Below are positions 49,590 through 61,972 of a stretch of DNA of 64,000 nt, piece after piece. Made by a program: the position numbers and the translations under genes. This DNA comes from Lama glama (Eukaryota): NCBI GenBank assembly GCA_028534125.1, contig CM052831.1, positions 12,338,001 through 12,402,000 of the forward strand, given 5' to 3'. The stretch's first letter is position 1. Each line of letters opens with the position of its first letter. Below the pieces are notes generated by a model. It was not told where the DNA came from and ran no database searches. It saw only the letters and a program-made list of their open reading frames with translations.

Positions 49590-50835
49590 ATTCCTTTTCT
49601 CACAATCTTTCTTAATCCTACTCCAATGAAGTTTATGTCTATACTACTATGTTGAAACCGCTCATGCCAAAATCTCCAATGACCTCACTTTGCTAAATCC
49701 AAAGGATTTTCAATTTATATCTTACTTGAGTTATTCACAGCATTCAACACAATTAACCAACCTTCCTTCTTGAAGCACTTCCTTCCCTTGGTTTTCTCTT
49801 AACTTACTAACAGATCCTTTCTGTTGGACCCCTTCACCTGCTCCATTTGTAAGTTGCAGCACCCCAGAGCTTAAACCTAGGACCTTTTTCCTACCCTATC
49901 TACAGTTATTTCCTCAGTGATCTCATTTAGTTTCATAGGTTTGAATGCCATCTATGTTTTCAACTCCCAAACTTAGATCTCTGTCTTTGAGTTTTCCCTA
50001 AACTTCAGACTTCCACTTTCATGTAGATATCTAAAGAGGCATCTTACTAAGACATTAAAAGAACTGATTCTCTCCATGACACCTGCTTCCCTGTCTCAAT
50101 AAATGAAAACTCCACCTTCTGAATTACTCTAGCCCTAAATCTTGTAGGCATGCTTGACTCTTTCTTCTTGTTCACCAACATATAACTTTTCAGTACATCC
50201 CTCCTGTTGGCTTTGCCCTCAGAATATATCTAGAATCCAGCTACTTATCACTACTACGACTACTATCATTCTGGCCCAAGCCACCACCCTCTCTCACTTG
50301 GATAATTGCACTAGCATCCTAATGGGTATCCCTGCTCTCACAGTTGCCCCCTACAGTCTGGGTGACAGGCAGGGTCATCTATCTCACTCAAAGAAAACTG
50401 CAGCATTTTTACAATAAACTACAAAGCCTCACGTGATCTGGACCCCTACTGTCCCTCACAGCTTCTCTTCTACCATGCTCTCTCTTACTCCCTCCACTCC
50501 ATTCACATTGGCTTCCAAGCTTCCCTCAAACAAGCAGGCATGCACCTGCCTCAGATCTTTGCAATTGTTCTTCTGACAGTGACACCCTGCAGGGTCTGCT
50601 CAAATGTCTTCTCAGCAGTGACTTGGGTCCTACTTTACTTTCCTGCTTTACTTTTCTCCAAAGAATGTATTTCCCTCTGAGATTCTACATAATTACTGAT
50701 GTGATTTTTTATTATCTATCTCCCTCACCAGAACTGAGGGTAGAGACGGTCAGTTTTGTTCATCGCTTTATCTCCAATGCCTAGAACAGAGCTTGGCACA
50801 TAGCAGATTTTTCAATAAATATTTGCAGAAAGAAT
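49590..50835 (+). mobile_element. L2 ~1.2 kb 3' fragment
   Basis: 'ccaatgacctcactttgctaaatccaa', end 'cctagaacagagcttggcacatagcagattttcaataaatatttg'. Confidence 0.85.
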
Positions 50836-51182
50836 TTAATGCTTCAAGTCTTAGATCAAATACTCATCTGCTCAGGGTGGTTTAACCCATCCAAAGTATC
50901 TTCCTACACCCCTGTTCTCTAGCCAATGACCTGTTTATTTCCGTCCTGTGAGTGTGAAGATCTTGCCTATCATGTGTGTTTGTGCTATCTTATGTTCTTT
51001 ATTTGTATACAATGTCTTCCTCCCAAACACACCAGATTGTTTACCCCAGGACCTCATGTATCCTCACAAAGCTTAGCATAGCACCTAACATGGTGGAGCA
51101 CCTCAAGTATTTTTCATACAAGTGTGGAAAGAAATAAAGTGCTTTCAAAAAAAGAAAGAAAGAAAATGCTTTCTCTATGCTC

Positions 51183-51278
51183 TCTTGGTATTGTCCTATA
51201 TAATCCTCATATCAAACCTCCAAGTAGATATCTTGGTATTGTCCTATATAATCCTCATATAAGACCTCCAAGTAGATA
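51183..51278. repeat. 48-bp tandem duplication (46/48 identical) within a reverse MIR
   Basis: tcttggtattgtcctatataatcctcatat(caa/aag)acctccaagtagata x2. Confidence 0.95.
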
Positions 51279-51699
51279 ATGTCATATCTATTCTCTTTAT
51301 GAGAATACCAGAGCTCAGAGGAAGCTAATAATTTGTCCGATGTCACTTAAAAAGCAAACCACAAAACTCAGGGCAAACTCTAAAATCCATTCCCCTTCCA
51401 TTACATTGCTCTATAGGGAAAACAGCCAAAGGGTCAGTAGGATCTCTTTGACATAACACCCTAATTTGATGAAAAAAGATATTTGGTCTAAGGTATTAAT
51501 AATCAATCATTTCTTTTTGTTTACCCCTATGACTTTACTGTTACTTTAAAAGAGTAATTTAATATTTTACCCCAAATGAATAATAAAGATATTTAGACCT
51601 ATGGGAGAAAGACACTTGGGAAAACAAAGCTTTCATTCCCATTAATGACTCCAAAAGTAGCTAGTTATTTTGGACTACATCTAGGGGATGGTGTAGGGC

Positions 51700-51850
51700 A
51701 GGGAGGGAGCACTGAATTTGGAATCTAGGTCTGGCACAAATTAGACTTTGAGAAGAATCAAGTCACCTCTCTGAGCGGCAATTTTCTCATTTAAAAAGTG
51801 AGGATAATACCTACTTTGAAGAACCACGAGGTAAAAGTAATGACAAAGGC
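51700..51850 (+). mobile_element. MIR
   Basis: 'aagtcacctctctgagcggcaattttctcatttaaaaagtgaggataatacctac'. Confidence 0.7.
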
Positions 51851-52339
51851 TGCAAATTGTCTGGTGTCACCTCAGTGTCCTCTACACTGCAGAGAAAGAG
51901 CCAGAATAATTCCCACAGTCCCCGCCTCAGAACATCTCCAGGTTGGATTCTGCAGAAGTGGGGAGCAGAACGGAAAAGCAGGTGATTGCTGCAAAGAGGC
52001 TTACAGCGGATGTGAGATCTGCAGCGGCTTCCGGGGGTGCCCTCGTGCATCCCCTGCTTCAGTGCTGTAGGCACCAAGGTGATGGGCGGCATCTTCCGGG
52101 ACTTCCTCCCCTCAGTAGGGCAGGCTGAGCCATTGGGGGCCTTCCCAGAGCGCTTGAGAGTCACAGCGGCACTTCAGTGAATGTCCAGACTGCCCAGTTC
52201 AGGGCTGCACGCTGAGATGATTAGAAATAGCTTTCCTGAACTTTCTTCCATCACACTTTCCAAAAATTGCACAAGCCTCTAATTCCCTAAATTCAGTCTT
52301 TTTATACGGGAATCCACAGAGTGATTTCTGTTTACCCAG

Positions 52340-52540
52340 TGAAACCCTGAGTCCAAACAAGAGTAACCACATACACATTACACGTGCAGTCCAGGGCCCG
52401 GCACTGAGCTATGCTCTTTTGGGTGCGCCATCTCCTTGAATTCCTACAGTTGCCGTGTGAGGTACATGCTGACATTAGGTCCATATAACCTATAAGGAAA
52501 CTGAGGCATAAAGGGGTAATGCACACACAATTTCTAAGCA
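52340..52540 (-). mobile_element. MIR
   Basis: 'gggcccggcactgagctatgct...ataaggaaactgaggcataaag'. Confidence 0.7.
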
Positions 52541-52559
52541 CAAAAATGAAGATGAAATA

Positions 52560-52905
52560 TGTGTCTTGGTTGAGGGTGCTATAACAAAATACCATGGACT
52601 GCGAGGCTTAAACGACAGAAGTTTACCTCCCACATTTCTGGAGGCCAGAAGTCCAAAGTCAGTGCCAGCATGGTCAGATTCTGGTGAGGGTCCTCTTCTG
52701 GGCTGCAAACTGCTGACTTCTCCTAGTACCTCACATGGCATCAAGAGGGCAGGCGAGAGAACTCTGGAGCCCCTTTTATAAAAGCACTAATCCCTTTCAT
52801 GAGGGCTCCACCTCATGACCTAATTACTTCCCCAAAACCCCATGGCTTGGGTGTTGAGATTTCAACATATGAATTCTGGGGAGGACACAAGCATGTAGTC
52901 CTTAA
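52560..52905 (-). mobile_element. MLT1A-type MaLR solo LTR
   Basis: 'gctataacaaaatacca...tctggaggccagaagtcc...ctcatgacctaattac...atttcaacatatgaatt'; 5-bp TSD aaata at 52555-52559 and 52906-52910. Confidence 0.9.
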
Positions 52906-53047
52906 AAATAAGAAAGTATATTATAAACAGGAAAGCACTGTCCAGAAAAGATCTGTGACCATATATTCTTTCCTGGCATGATTTCCCTTAAGCATGAGAA
53001 CAGACCCCTCCTTCTTCAGGGAAAAGGTCCTCAAAGATCCTCAATTC

Positions 53048-53317
53048 TACAGTTTCTCCATCCTGACACTACTGATATTTGGGGCAGAATAATTCTATGC
53101 TTGTGTGTGTGGTGGGGAGGTTGTGTGCGGGGAGACTGTTGTCCTGTGCATTACAGGATTTTTCACAGCATCCCTAGCCTCTACCCACTAGATGCTAGAA
53201 GCACGCCCTACAGGTATAACAACCAAAATGCCTCCAGGCATTGCCAAACGTCTCCTGGGGGAGGAGGGAGGGGTGGGCAAAATGCACCCTCCCTGCCGCA
53301 CCCTCCAAGAACCACTG
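53048..53317 (+). mobile_element. MER20 hAT-Charlie MITE
   Basis: 'gtcctgtgcattacaggattttcacagcatccctagcctctacccactagatgc...caaccaaaatgcctccaggcattgccaaacgtc...agaaccactg'. Confidence 0.9.
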
Positions 53318-55759
53318 AGTTGGAGGCTTCCTGCTCAGGGACTAGAGCTGTAATGGCCACAGATTTGGCCTTCATTGTGATGCCCTCACTGGGTTTCTAC
53401 ACTCTGTAAGAGCAGACAGACTCTGCAAGGAAGTGGATGCTTTTACAAAACCTGAAAAGAAGATGCAGAGTATTGTGCTTAGTACCCCATTTGGTTCAAA
53501 AACATAGAAACTGACCTACAGTAGAAGATTTGAAAAGATGCTCACATTCATTACATCGGGGATGTGGGCTGGAGCAAGAGTAGGAGAGATGATGAGGTTT
53601 TTTTCTAAATGTGTTCTTGCTGTGGTTTGACTTCTCAGAATGAGCAAAACTTTTCCAAGTATTTTTTCAAATAGTTTTATCAATTACAATTAAACAGGTG
53701 GTAATAAATAGAGCACCCAGTATTATGTGCAGTCCTCTGGTTAGACACATGAAAGAGACCAAGATGAAGAACAGAAAGTTCCTGCCAGAGCCACAAACCT
53801 TTTCTGTAAAGATCAGGAGGTTTAAAAAGCTAAGAGAATGTTCTGGGAATGTTCTTGGGTGTTCTGGGAATGGGCACTCAAGGTTGTGGGCCCTAACTTA
53901 GCAAAGTGCCAAGTGAGAAATTAATTCTGAATGCATTAATGCCCTGCATCCTAGCAGTCCTCAGTCACATCTTTTCTTGATTACCTTGTAACCAAGGTAA
54001 CCACTCTGCAAGTTACCCAGATCACAGGCAATAGGACCTTCATTCCCCACGTTCAAAGTGCTAACAATCCCCTCTCCCTACTTACTCTTTTCTCACTTCA
54101 ACCATCTTCTCCACTCCTTCAGGGGCTAGATAAGTTCTGCCCCAAAGGAAAGCAGAAAGAATTACTGATTCAGCTGACATTCAGTCATACATTCAGGGTG
54201 TAAGTCCCTTGACTGAAGGACTATATTACTCAACTCGAGAAGCTTGCAAACATTCAGTACGTTTCTCAAACTGAAAAAAAAAAATCACTGGGATCCACAC
54301 AAAACATACTGGGTCTGAATGCAAGGGCAGGAACAGTGGTGAAGGAATCTGATTTTCAACAACTCCTCAGGGAGATAAATCTGCGAATAAAGTATAACAT
54401 TTTTTATACACTATGCATTAAAAAATACTTTTTAGTCATTCAAAATTGATTCAGGTGAAACCAAGTGACTCCTTCATTGAATGCTGGAGTATAAAGAGAT
54501 GTTTAGTTGAAAAAGTGAGAGTTTTTCAAGCTTAGTGTTTCCCTTCCATAAACCTCTGTGATTTGGGTAAAAGCAGAGTACCTTTCCAATTAAAGAACAG
54601 TCTAAAAGGGCTTTAGAAGTGGATCTGGCTTTAACATTATGGCAAATGACCCCAAAATTTCAGTTGACTTTGGAAGTTAAGTGTAACATCTGGGCAAACT
54701 ATTAGTCAACTCCATTCCTCTGAGAAGTGTTCGAGAGCAAATGATGATTTAAAAACATCACCAGAAGGTCATTTCATCACCTTCCTAATTTCATTTTAGA
54801 GGATCTAAATTTCCTTTTACCTGGATGTCTGCCTGGAGCAATCAAATCATCTCCGTGCCAGCCAGGTGAAGGGGACTGATATGTGAATGTACTTCTAAGA
54901 GAATCTGAGCTTTCAAGTTCTAAGTCACCAAAAATTTCAAGCCAGGTTCTAACTCAAAAGGGATGTGCTGGAAATTATGATGTGCAAGGGGAAGGTGGCT
55001 GAAACAAATGAAAAGATTTTCAGCACACAATAAACAGAAGGAAATAGGTTTAAAACAGTAAATAAACATTAAGCAGTCTTTATAGGAAGATGGTTAAATT
55101 AAATTTAAACTGAAAGGATGAAATTTTTGGAAGATGGTACACTAAAGACTTCATTTTAAATTATACATTTTCATCTAAAGAGCAAGTTGTATTAAAAAGG
55201 CCCTATTTTATAACTGAGCACTGTTTTCACTTTATGGAATATTTTGCATTGTATTTTAATTAAAGTTATAATTACAGAACTAAATATAATTAGCTTCTTT
55301 CTTCAAAAGAAATTAGAAGTGAACTTACTTTATTAAATTTTCAGTTTGTTTCCTGCAATGTTACGTAGTTTATTATAATTAATTGAAGGAGAGCTCATAA
55401 ATGTTTTATCAACATGGGAATGTGATTAAAAACTCAGGAATTTCTCCCTTGATTTTTTTTATAAAATTTTATACCCTTAATTTTTGGTTTGTGCTCAGAT
55501 GTATGCAGATGAAGTAAAAGGATGAAACCCCTTGACATATTCCCCCTTGACTCAGTGCTTAGCCTCCAAGTTGGTTGAAGCATTTATTTGGTCCTCCATT
55601 TTCTTTCCTTTTGGGTCAGCATTTTGAAGTCATTTTGAAGTCTTCCCAAAGGAGGAAAGGAAATTGGCAGTCTTTATTCATCTTTCTTGAGTAGATACAA
55701 GAGTTGATACCCTACATCAATATCAGACATGGTATCTCTGTCTGCCTCCACTGCCCCTA

Positions 55760-55890
55760 CAAACACTCCTAAAATATAATTCCACCAGGACAGGCACTTC
55801 ACTTTTTGTTGGCTGTCCATCCACAGTGCCTAAACGAGTACCCAGCCCAGAGCATGTGCTCAATAGGTGTTTGCTGAGTGAGAGCATGGA
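55760..55890 (+). mobile_element. L2 3' terminus
   Basis: 'cacagtgcctaaac...gtgctcaataggtgtttgctgagtga'. Confidence 0.65.
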
Positions 55891-55899
55891 TCCAAATTT

Positions 55900-56540
55900 T
55901 CCAAAATTTGTCCCTCTAAAGATTAGTTCTAAAAGATAAGTAAATATTCATTCAAAGATATCCATGTTAAGTTAAGGGAGCATACTTAATTTCTTTCATT
56001 TTGCATTCCAGTTTTACTGAAGTATAATTAACACATAAAATTGTAATATATTCATAGTAATTTGATACACGTATACATACTAAAAAAGATTCCTTCCATC
56101 TAGTTAATTAACACATCCATCGCCTTACATACTTATCTTTTTCTCTTTTTGGTTGGTGGGAGAAAAATTAAGGTCTACTCTCTTAGCAATTTCAATTATA
56201 CAAATACAGTGTTATCAACTATAGTCACCACGTTATACATTCGATACTAACACCTTATTCATCTTGTAGCTGACAGTTGTACTCTTTGACCAACCTCTCC
56301 CTATTCCCCACCACCCACTGACCCTAGGCCCTGGCAACTGCTTTTCTACTGTCTCTGTGTTAAAAGATTAAAAAAAAAAGAAAAAAAATAACTTATAGTC
56401 TTTCTTAACAGACAGACTTTCAGGAAGGGGATCAAATGTGTAATATTACCCATTCTTATTTGACCGGGAACAATTTTTTTCCTCTACTGGCTATCTTATG
56501 AGACTAGTGTTTTGCAGAACATACATTGGGAAATGCTGCT
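55900..56540. mobile_element. MER113-like hAT-Charlie element split by an L1
   Basis: End 'ctagtgttttgcagaacatacattgggaaatgctg'; left portion is tentative. Confidence 0.5.
55995..56360 (-). mobile_element. L1MA9-like 3'UTR
   Basis: 'tagttaattaacacatccatc', 'tctactctcttagcaatttcaa', 'tatcaactatagtcaccac', 'ccctggcaac'. Confidence 0.85.
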
Positions 56541-56904
56541 GTATGTCTGTGGAGCTCTGGGAAAAAAATTTTAACCTTGAGTTCTTGACAGTGGGGTCAG
56601 TCATGTTCCTCAATTTATATAAATTATCTTCACTGCCCCACGGTGTAAGGTCCCCATCTTGATCAAATGACTGACCAATTGATTCACCTTTACCTACATT
56701 TCCTTTTCCCCTTCCCCTAAAGGCAATCATATCATTATGTTTAATGTGTATACTTTTGTTCTTATATACCGTCATGTTGGGCTGGGGAAGAGTAGAAGAG
56801 AAAAAAAATGACACCTCTGAATATTCTTTTGTATATAGTTTGACTTTCTGAAGCCTGCAATCTTCTACATATTAATACATACATACTGGCACGCATCACA
56901 TACA

Positions 56905-59005
56905 TACATCTGGAAAGAAAAAGGGGACTGACATGGAAGAAAACTGAACCACATAAATTCAATTGTATTTCAAACGAATGCCATAACTACCCTTAAGTGG
57001 GACAGCAAGGGATACAGGAAAGAAGAAAAAGAAGGAGGGAGGGAGTAGAGGAGGGAGGAGGAAGGAAAGAAAGAACTAATCCAAGTAACTGACTATACAC
57101 CCTCAGTTTGTGGCAGAATGGAGTGGGGTGGGGTGAGGGCAAGAATTGCCAACAAACCTTGAACTGTTTTTAATGAGGCTTGTTTTTTGTAATGGTATGG
57201 GCAAAGCAATTGTGAAACTATTTTGGATGTATGATAAGAATGAGCCAGTGAATAAATCTGGGAGCCAGTTTTTCAATCAGGAAGACAGTACATAAAACCA
57301 TGAATGAGGAGAGACAAGAAAGAACCCTGTACGGATGGTTTGGAAACTGAGGATGTTGATGTAAATTCATAATTTTGAGATATGCATATGTATGTGCAAG
57401 TGCACCCGTACACGTTTCAGCATATATGTACACAAGTGTACTATGTAGATGGGTGAGTGCATGTATGTTTCCTACCTCTGTGCACTGAAAGGCCCAAAAT
57501 GCCACACCCCAGCCACAATGAGCACACCTAGAGCCAAGAGACAGGAATTAATATCGTTCCCCACCAAAATGAACCAGGAATCCTCAGAGCAATTGTTGAT
57601 GCCAGGGCTTGGATGGATAGGCACAAGATAAGCCTGGAACATTCTGGTATGCCATAAAGTAAGCCTCCAAACAATTGATGAGGGCATGTCCCAGAACATA
57701 AAAGTCAGCTTAAAGATGCTCCCACTAGCCAAATATGGGACAATTTCAGCACCAAAATAATTAACTGTATGTAGTAATCTACCAAAAGCCATTTGGAGAA
57801 AAAAGAGAAATCGTTATTCCACACTGATAGTAAATAGATAAATAAATAAATAAATAGAGGGAAAGAGAAGACTCTTGGTTACAGCAGAATGCCATGTGCT
57901 ACCTAATAAATGTGGAAAGAGTGCTGGCATAGAAAATCAGCATTTTGTAATAACTGTAGTAAAAATTGGATCAGGCAAGATTTATGAATGGGGGGAAACT
58001 TGATGAGGAACAGAATCTGTGCGTGCTCTAAAGTGTCTCCCTACAGCTTGTTTATATGTTGTAAGGGAAAAAATATTGACTATACAGCAGAGAAATCAGA
58101 CAACACCTTGACTAAGTGTTCAAAATTAACACCCCCAATTAGGAGCAGATGTGTGTTCTACCTCCAAGTATGACACCTCTGAGAGGGACACACCATCATC
58201 CCCTATGCAGTTCTGGCCAAGAATCACAACCTGAACACAATAATGAGGAAACAAAGTCCAAATGAGGAACATTCTATTAAAACAAATGGGTATAGAGGAA
58301 AATTGTCATTTTGTAAAAAATTGTCAACATTGTAAGTAACAACTAAAGGCTGGGGAGATGGTACATATTAAAGGAGGCAAAGAGAAGTGATAACTAAATG
58401 CTATACCTGGCACTAGATGGGGTCTTGTAATGGAGGAGGGGAAATGCTATACAAGATATCTCTGGTCAACTGATACACCTGGAATACAATGAAATTGTAT
58501 AAATATAAATTTACAAAATTGGTAACTATGTTATGGTTATATATGACCATATTGTTATTCCTAGGAAATACACAATGAAGTATTCTGGGGTAAGTGGTCA
58601 TGATGGGTATAAATTATCCTCAAATTGTTCAGAAAAAGAAAATGTTACAGAGGAGGGAGAGAGAGAGAGACAGAAAGAGTACATGTGCTGATGACAAACA
58701 AAAAGGAATAAAATATTAACAACAGATGAATCTGGATAAGGGGGTCTCTGAAAACTCTTCAAGCTATTCTTATTCTTGAAATTATTCTATTTATATTACA
58801 TTATTCTGTATTATTCTATCTACTCTATTCTTGAAATTATCTCCTAATAAAAATGTTAAATTAAAAAGACTATATGTTTCTTAAAGGCATGGTCTCTCCA
58901 GAATGGTGATAATACTGAAGCTGGGTGATGGGTGTATAAAAGGATCAATATTCTATTCTGTGTACTTAGTATACATTTGAATTAAATTTTTTCATAATAA
59001 AAAGC
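56905..59005 (+). mobile_element. L1MC-like long 3'UTR
   Basis: 'gccacaatgagcacacctag', 'cccactagccaaatatgggacaattt', 'ggttatatatgaccatattgttattcctaggaaatacaca', end 'ttttcataataaaaag'. Confidence 0.8.
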
Positions 59006-59041
59006 CTTTTTGTCTTTCAGAAATGATTTGACTTGTCATTG

Positions 59042-59270
59042 GTTTTTTTTAATTGAAGTATAGTCAGTTTACAATGTTGTGCCAATTTCTAGTGTACAGC
59101 ATAATGTTTCAGTCATACATGTACATACATATATTCATTTTCATATTCTTTTTCATTATAGGTTACTACAAGATATTGAATATAGGTTCCTTGTGCTGTA
59201 CAGAAGAAATGTATTGGTTATCTATTTTATACATAGTAGTTAATATCTGCAAATCTCAAACTTCCAATTT
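59042..59270 (-). mobile_element. Truncated L1 3' end, artiodactyl/camelid type
   Basis: 'ttttaattgaagtatagtcagtttacaatgttgtg...ataggttactacaagatattgaatatag'. Confidence 0.85.
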
Positions 59271-59368
59271 TTTTATGGTTTTTATTTAAATGCCTGATCA
59301 TGTGTTGACCAGTGGCCATTTAGAAGGGCTACATGGAGATATTTTAAAACTCCATGGCACTGGATAAG

Positions 59369-59414
59369 TGCCTTCAAACCTGCAGCTTGCATGCCTTCAA
59401 ACCTGCAGCATGCA
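59369..59414. repeat. 23-bp tandem duplication (22/23 identical)
   Basis: tgccttcaaacctgcagc(t/a)tgca x2. Confidence 0.9.
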
Positions 59415-60379
59415 TGTAGTCCAATAATGGTACTCTGGTCTTTGTTTTGTTTTTTTTTTAATTACAATTCGACTGCACATACACATTATACTGCATGTAA
59501 ATACATATATACAGTATACTGCACTTTTTTTTAGTTTACATGTATGTACTAATTATTGTTTCTAAGAACAGGTCTGGTCTTTGTTTTTGTCTTATTGAGC
59601 CCATTCAATCTCTCTCTCTCTCCTTCCCTCTGTCTATGATGTTTAGAAACACTTATTCCTTTGGGCAGCCCATGGTGGTGTCATAAAATAGGACACCTTC
59701 TGGCTTCTTCTTGTCCAGCTGTTTTTTCACTTTCTTCTAGATTTTTTCTATCCTTTTTGGGTCACTTGCTTAATATCACCCTATTCCCCCACAGCGTAAC
59801 TATGCTTTTTCAAAACACTTTCACACACACAACATCATATCGTCTGTAACCAGATGGGAACAGACAGACTTAACCACATCAACCTAAACCAGCAAAGAAC
59901 CTAGAGAGGTAGTGGGTGAGTTCAGTGTCACCAGGAGCCAGAATTAGAACCCAGCACGTTTTCCTCTATATGATACCCTTGTCCGATTAACAGAATGCTA
60001 CATCATGGCAAATGGCAAAATTATGCATGGTCTATGTCTATTAATAGTTTCTGGTAAGCCTTTAAATAACAGCACTGGGCTTGTTTCTAGTTGATGATCC
60101 ACTCCAGCACCCGTGTCTTTTTCTGCTGTGACTATGCATAGCCTGGCTTTCCCAGTCTTGGAACTATGTCTTTTGCATGTGTCCGTATTGACTTCGCTTC
60201 CATATGAAATATTTACATATGTTTATCACTTTGTCATCATTTAGCATGGCATCTGTTTGCTTAAAATGAGTCAGGTCTCAGCCACAGCAGCTTGTCAGAT
60301 TGGCGTGAGTATCTAAAGAGAAGGGGAAACTGCCTTTCAGTAGATTCCTTTAAAAGTGAGTTACTTTATTAATTATTAC

Positions 60380-60600
60380 CTGACATTTCATTATTTTACA
60401 CTCTCAGATGTGTTTCCACATGTTTCCCTTCATTTTCAGACTTATAACAACCCTGTGAGATATGTAAAGCAGCTTTTATTATTCTATTTGACAGCTGTGA
60501 AGTCACAGTCTTGGAAAGTAAAATGATTTGGAAAAAGTCACAGGGCTGAGTCCATGATGACTTGGGTCTTCTGATTCTTAGAACTGTGATCTTTTCAACC
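60380..60600 (-). mobile_element. MIR
   Basis: 'ttataacaaccctgtgagat...ttgacagctgtgaagtcacag...aagtcacag'. Confidence 0.65.
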
Positions 60601-60709
60601 AACATGCTGAGTCACATCATTAAAATAAACAGTAAAATGTGATGCTTTGCAAAGCCGCTAGAAACTAATTTTATAATTAAATTAACAGCTACTGTTTAAG
60701 TATTCATTT

Positions 60710-60803
60710 AAATATATATATATTATATTATATATATAAATATATATGTTATATATAATATAATAATATATAAATATATATATTAAATAATATATATATA
60801 TAA
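60710..60803. repeat. (TA)n AT-rich low-complexity tract
   Basis: Directly visible. Confidence 0.9.
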
Positions 60804-61543
60804 CAGAATATTAAACAGATGTTTTCCATGGCTTCTGAAAATCAACTAAATCCCAAAGAGGCAATAGGTAAACCCTTATTCAAAAAAGGTGGCCAGCTGG
60901 TCCTTTGACCCTCCCCAACATCACGGATCCAGCCCACGTAAGCAGAAGACTAGAGTTAGAAGAAACTGGTTGAATCAGGATGGTTGTTAGCCCAGTGGCC
61001 ATCCCACCAACCCAAGTGTCAGAGTTCCCAGTAAGGGTTTGGAGGTTAAATAGAAGATAAGCAGCCTAACGTCTCATTCTCTAGCAGACTGCTTTTAGGT
61101 CTATAAAAAAATCTTCGCACTCTCCTCCTCTCCCCTCAACCCGCTCTACACAGAACTCAGTGACAAGATTCTTGAAGGAGTTTCACATGTGTTCCCTAAG
61201 TTTGGGAGCATCTGTGAAATAAGAAGCTGATACCTGTTTCCTGTTTTCTGAGGCTGGGCGGGGATGCTGGCTAGAAGCAGCCCCAACAACAGAGAGAGGG
61301 GAGGTCAGCAGTGAAAAGAGCCTGCACACCCAGTGCACAAGATTCCCATGCATCAAGTACCTTGGCTACCTGGCTCAAACCATCCTGATGGGGCCACTCT
61401 CAAGATCCGCCCATGAGAGGAGCAGAGGAACCCCGTCAGAAGTAGGCTATGGTGTGGGTCACAGAAGGCAGCAGCTGGTCAGTGTTACCAAACCTCAAAC
61501 CAATGGAGGACAACCATTGTTGAATAGTTGCCCCCAGTGCCCT

Positions 61544-61972
61544 TGTCTTAAGTTAAGTTCCCTAGAGGTAGAGACTAAGACAGAAATTCAGATGTGTGAA
61601 AATCTGCAATATAGACATCTCAGGAGAGACTGTAAAGGCAGGAATGAAAGAGAATAAGGAAGGGGAAAGAATCAAGTTAGATATAGTCACAGGTAAGCCT
61701 AGCCTTGTCCTGATCCATGCTGAAGAGGGTTCTGTGGCATAAACCACACAGCAGAATCCCTCGGAGGTGAAAGGCTGGCCTTGTGTGTCCTCAGATCTGT
61801 CAGTCAGTGCTACTGGCAACTGGAATAGAAGGGTAAGCTTAACCGAGGACAATTCTCAGGAAAAGGGGTGGGGAGGAGTGGCTGTGGGCCACCCAACACT
61901 CAGAGTAACTGGAGGACATGTGCACTGGGCCAGTAAAGAGATCCAATTCAAGCACCAGAAGCGTCTACTACT
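61544..61972 (-). mobile_element. LTR16-like ERVL solo LTR
   Basis: Starts 'tgtcttaagttaagttccctagaggtagagactaagacag', ends 'gcaccagaagcgtctacta'. Confidence 0.7.

Noticed and set aside
51183-51278. CRISPR-like repeat array
   Set aside because: Only two adjacent units, no spacers, no cas genes, mammalian DNA
52978-53409. 143-aa ORF
   Set aside because: Mostly a translation of non-coding MER20; no recognisable domain
2485-61972. Intact provirus between LTR pairs
   Set aside because: LTRs belong to different families or orientations, and no gag/pol internal sequence was seen; all appear to be solo LTRs
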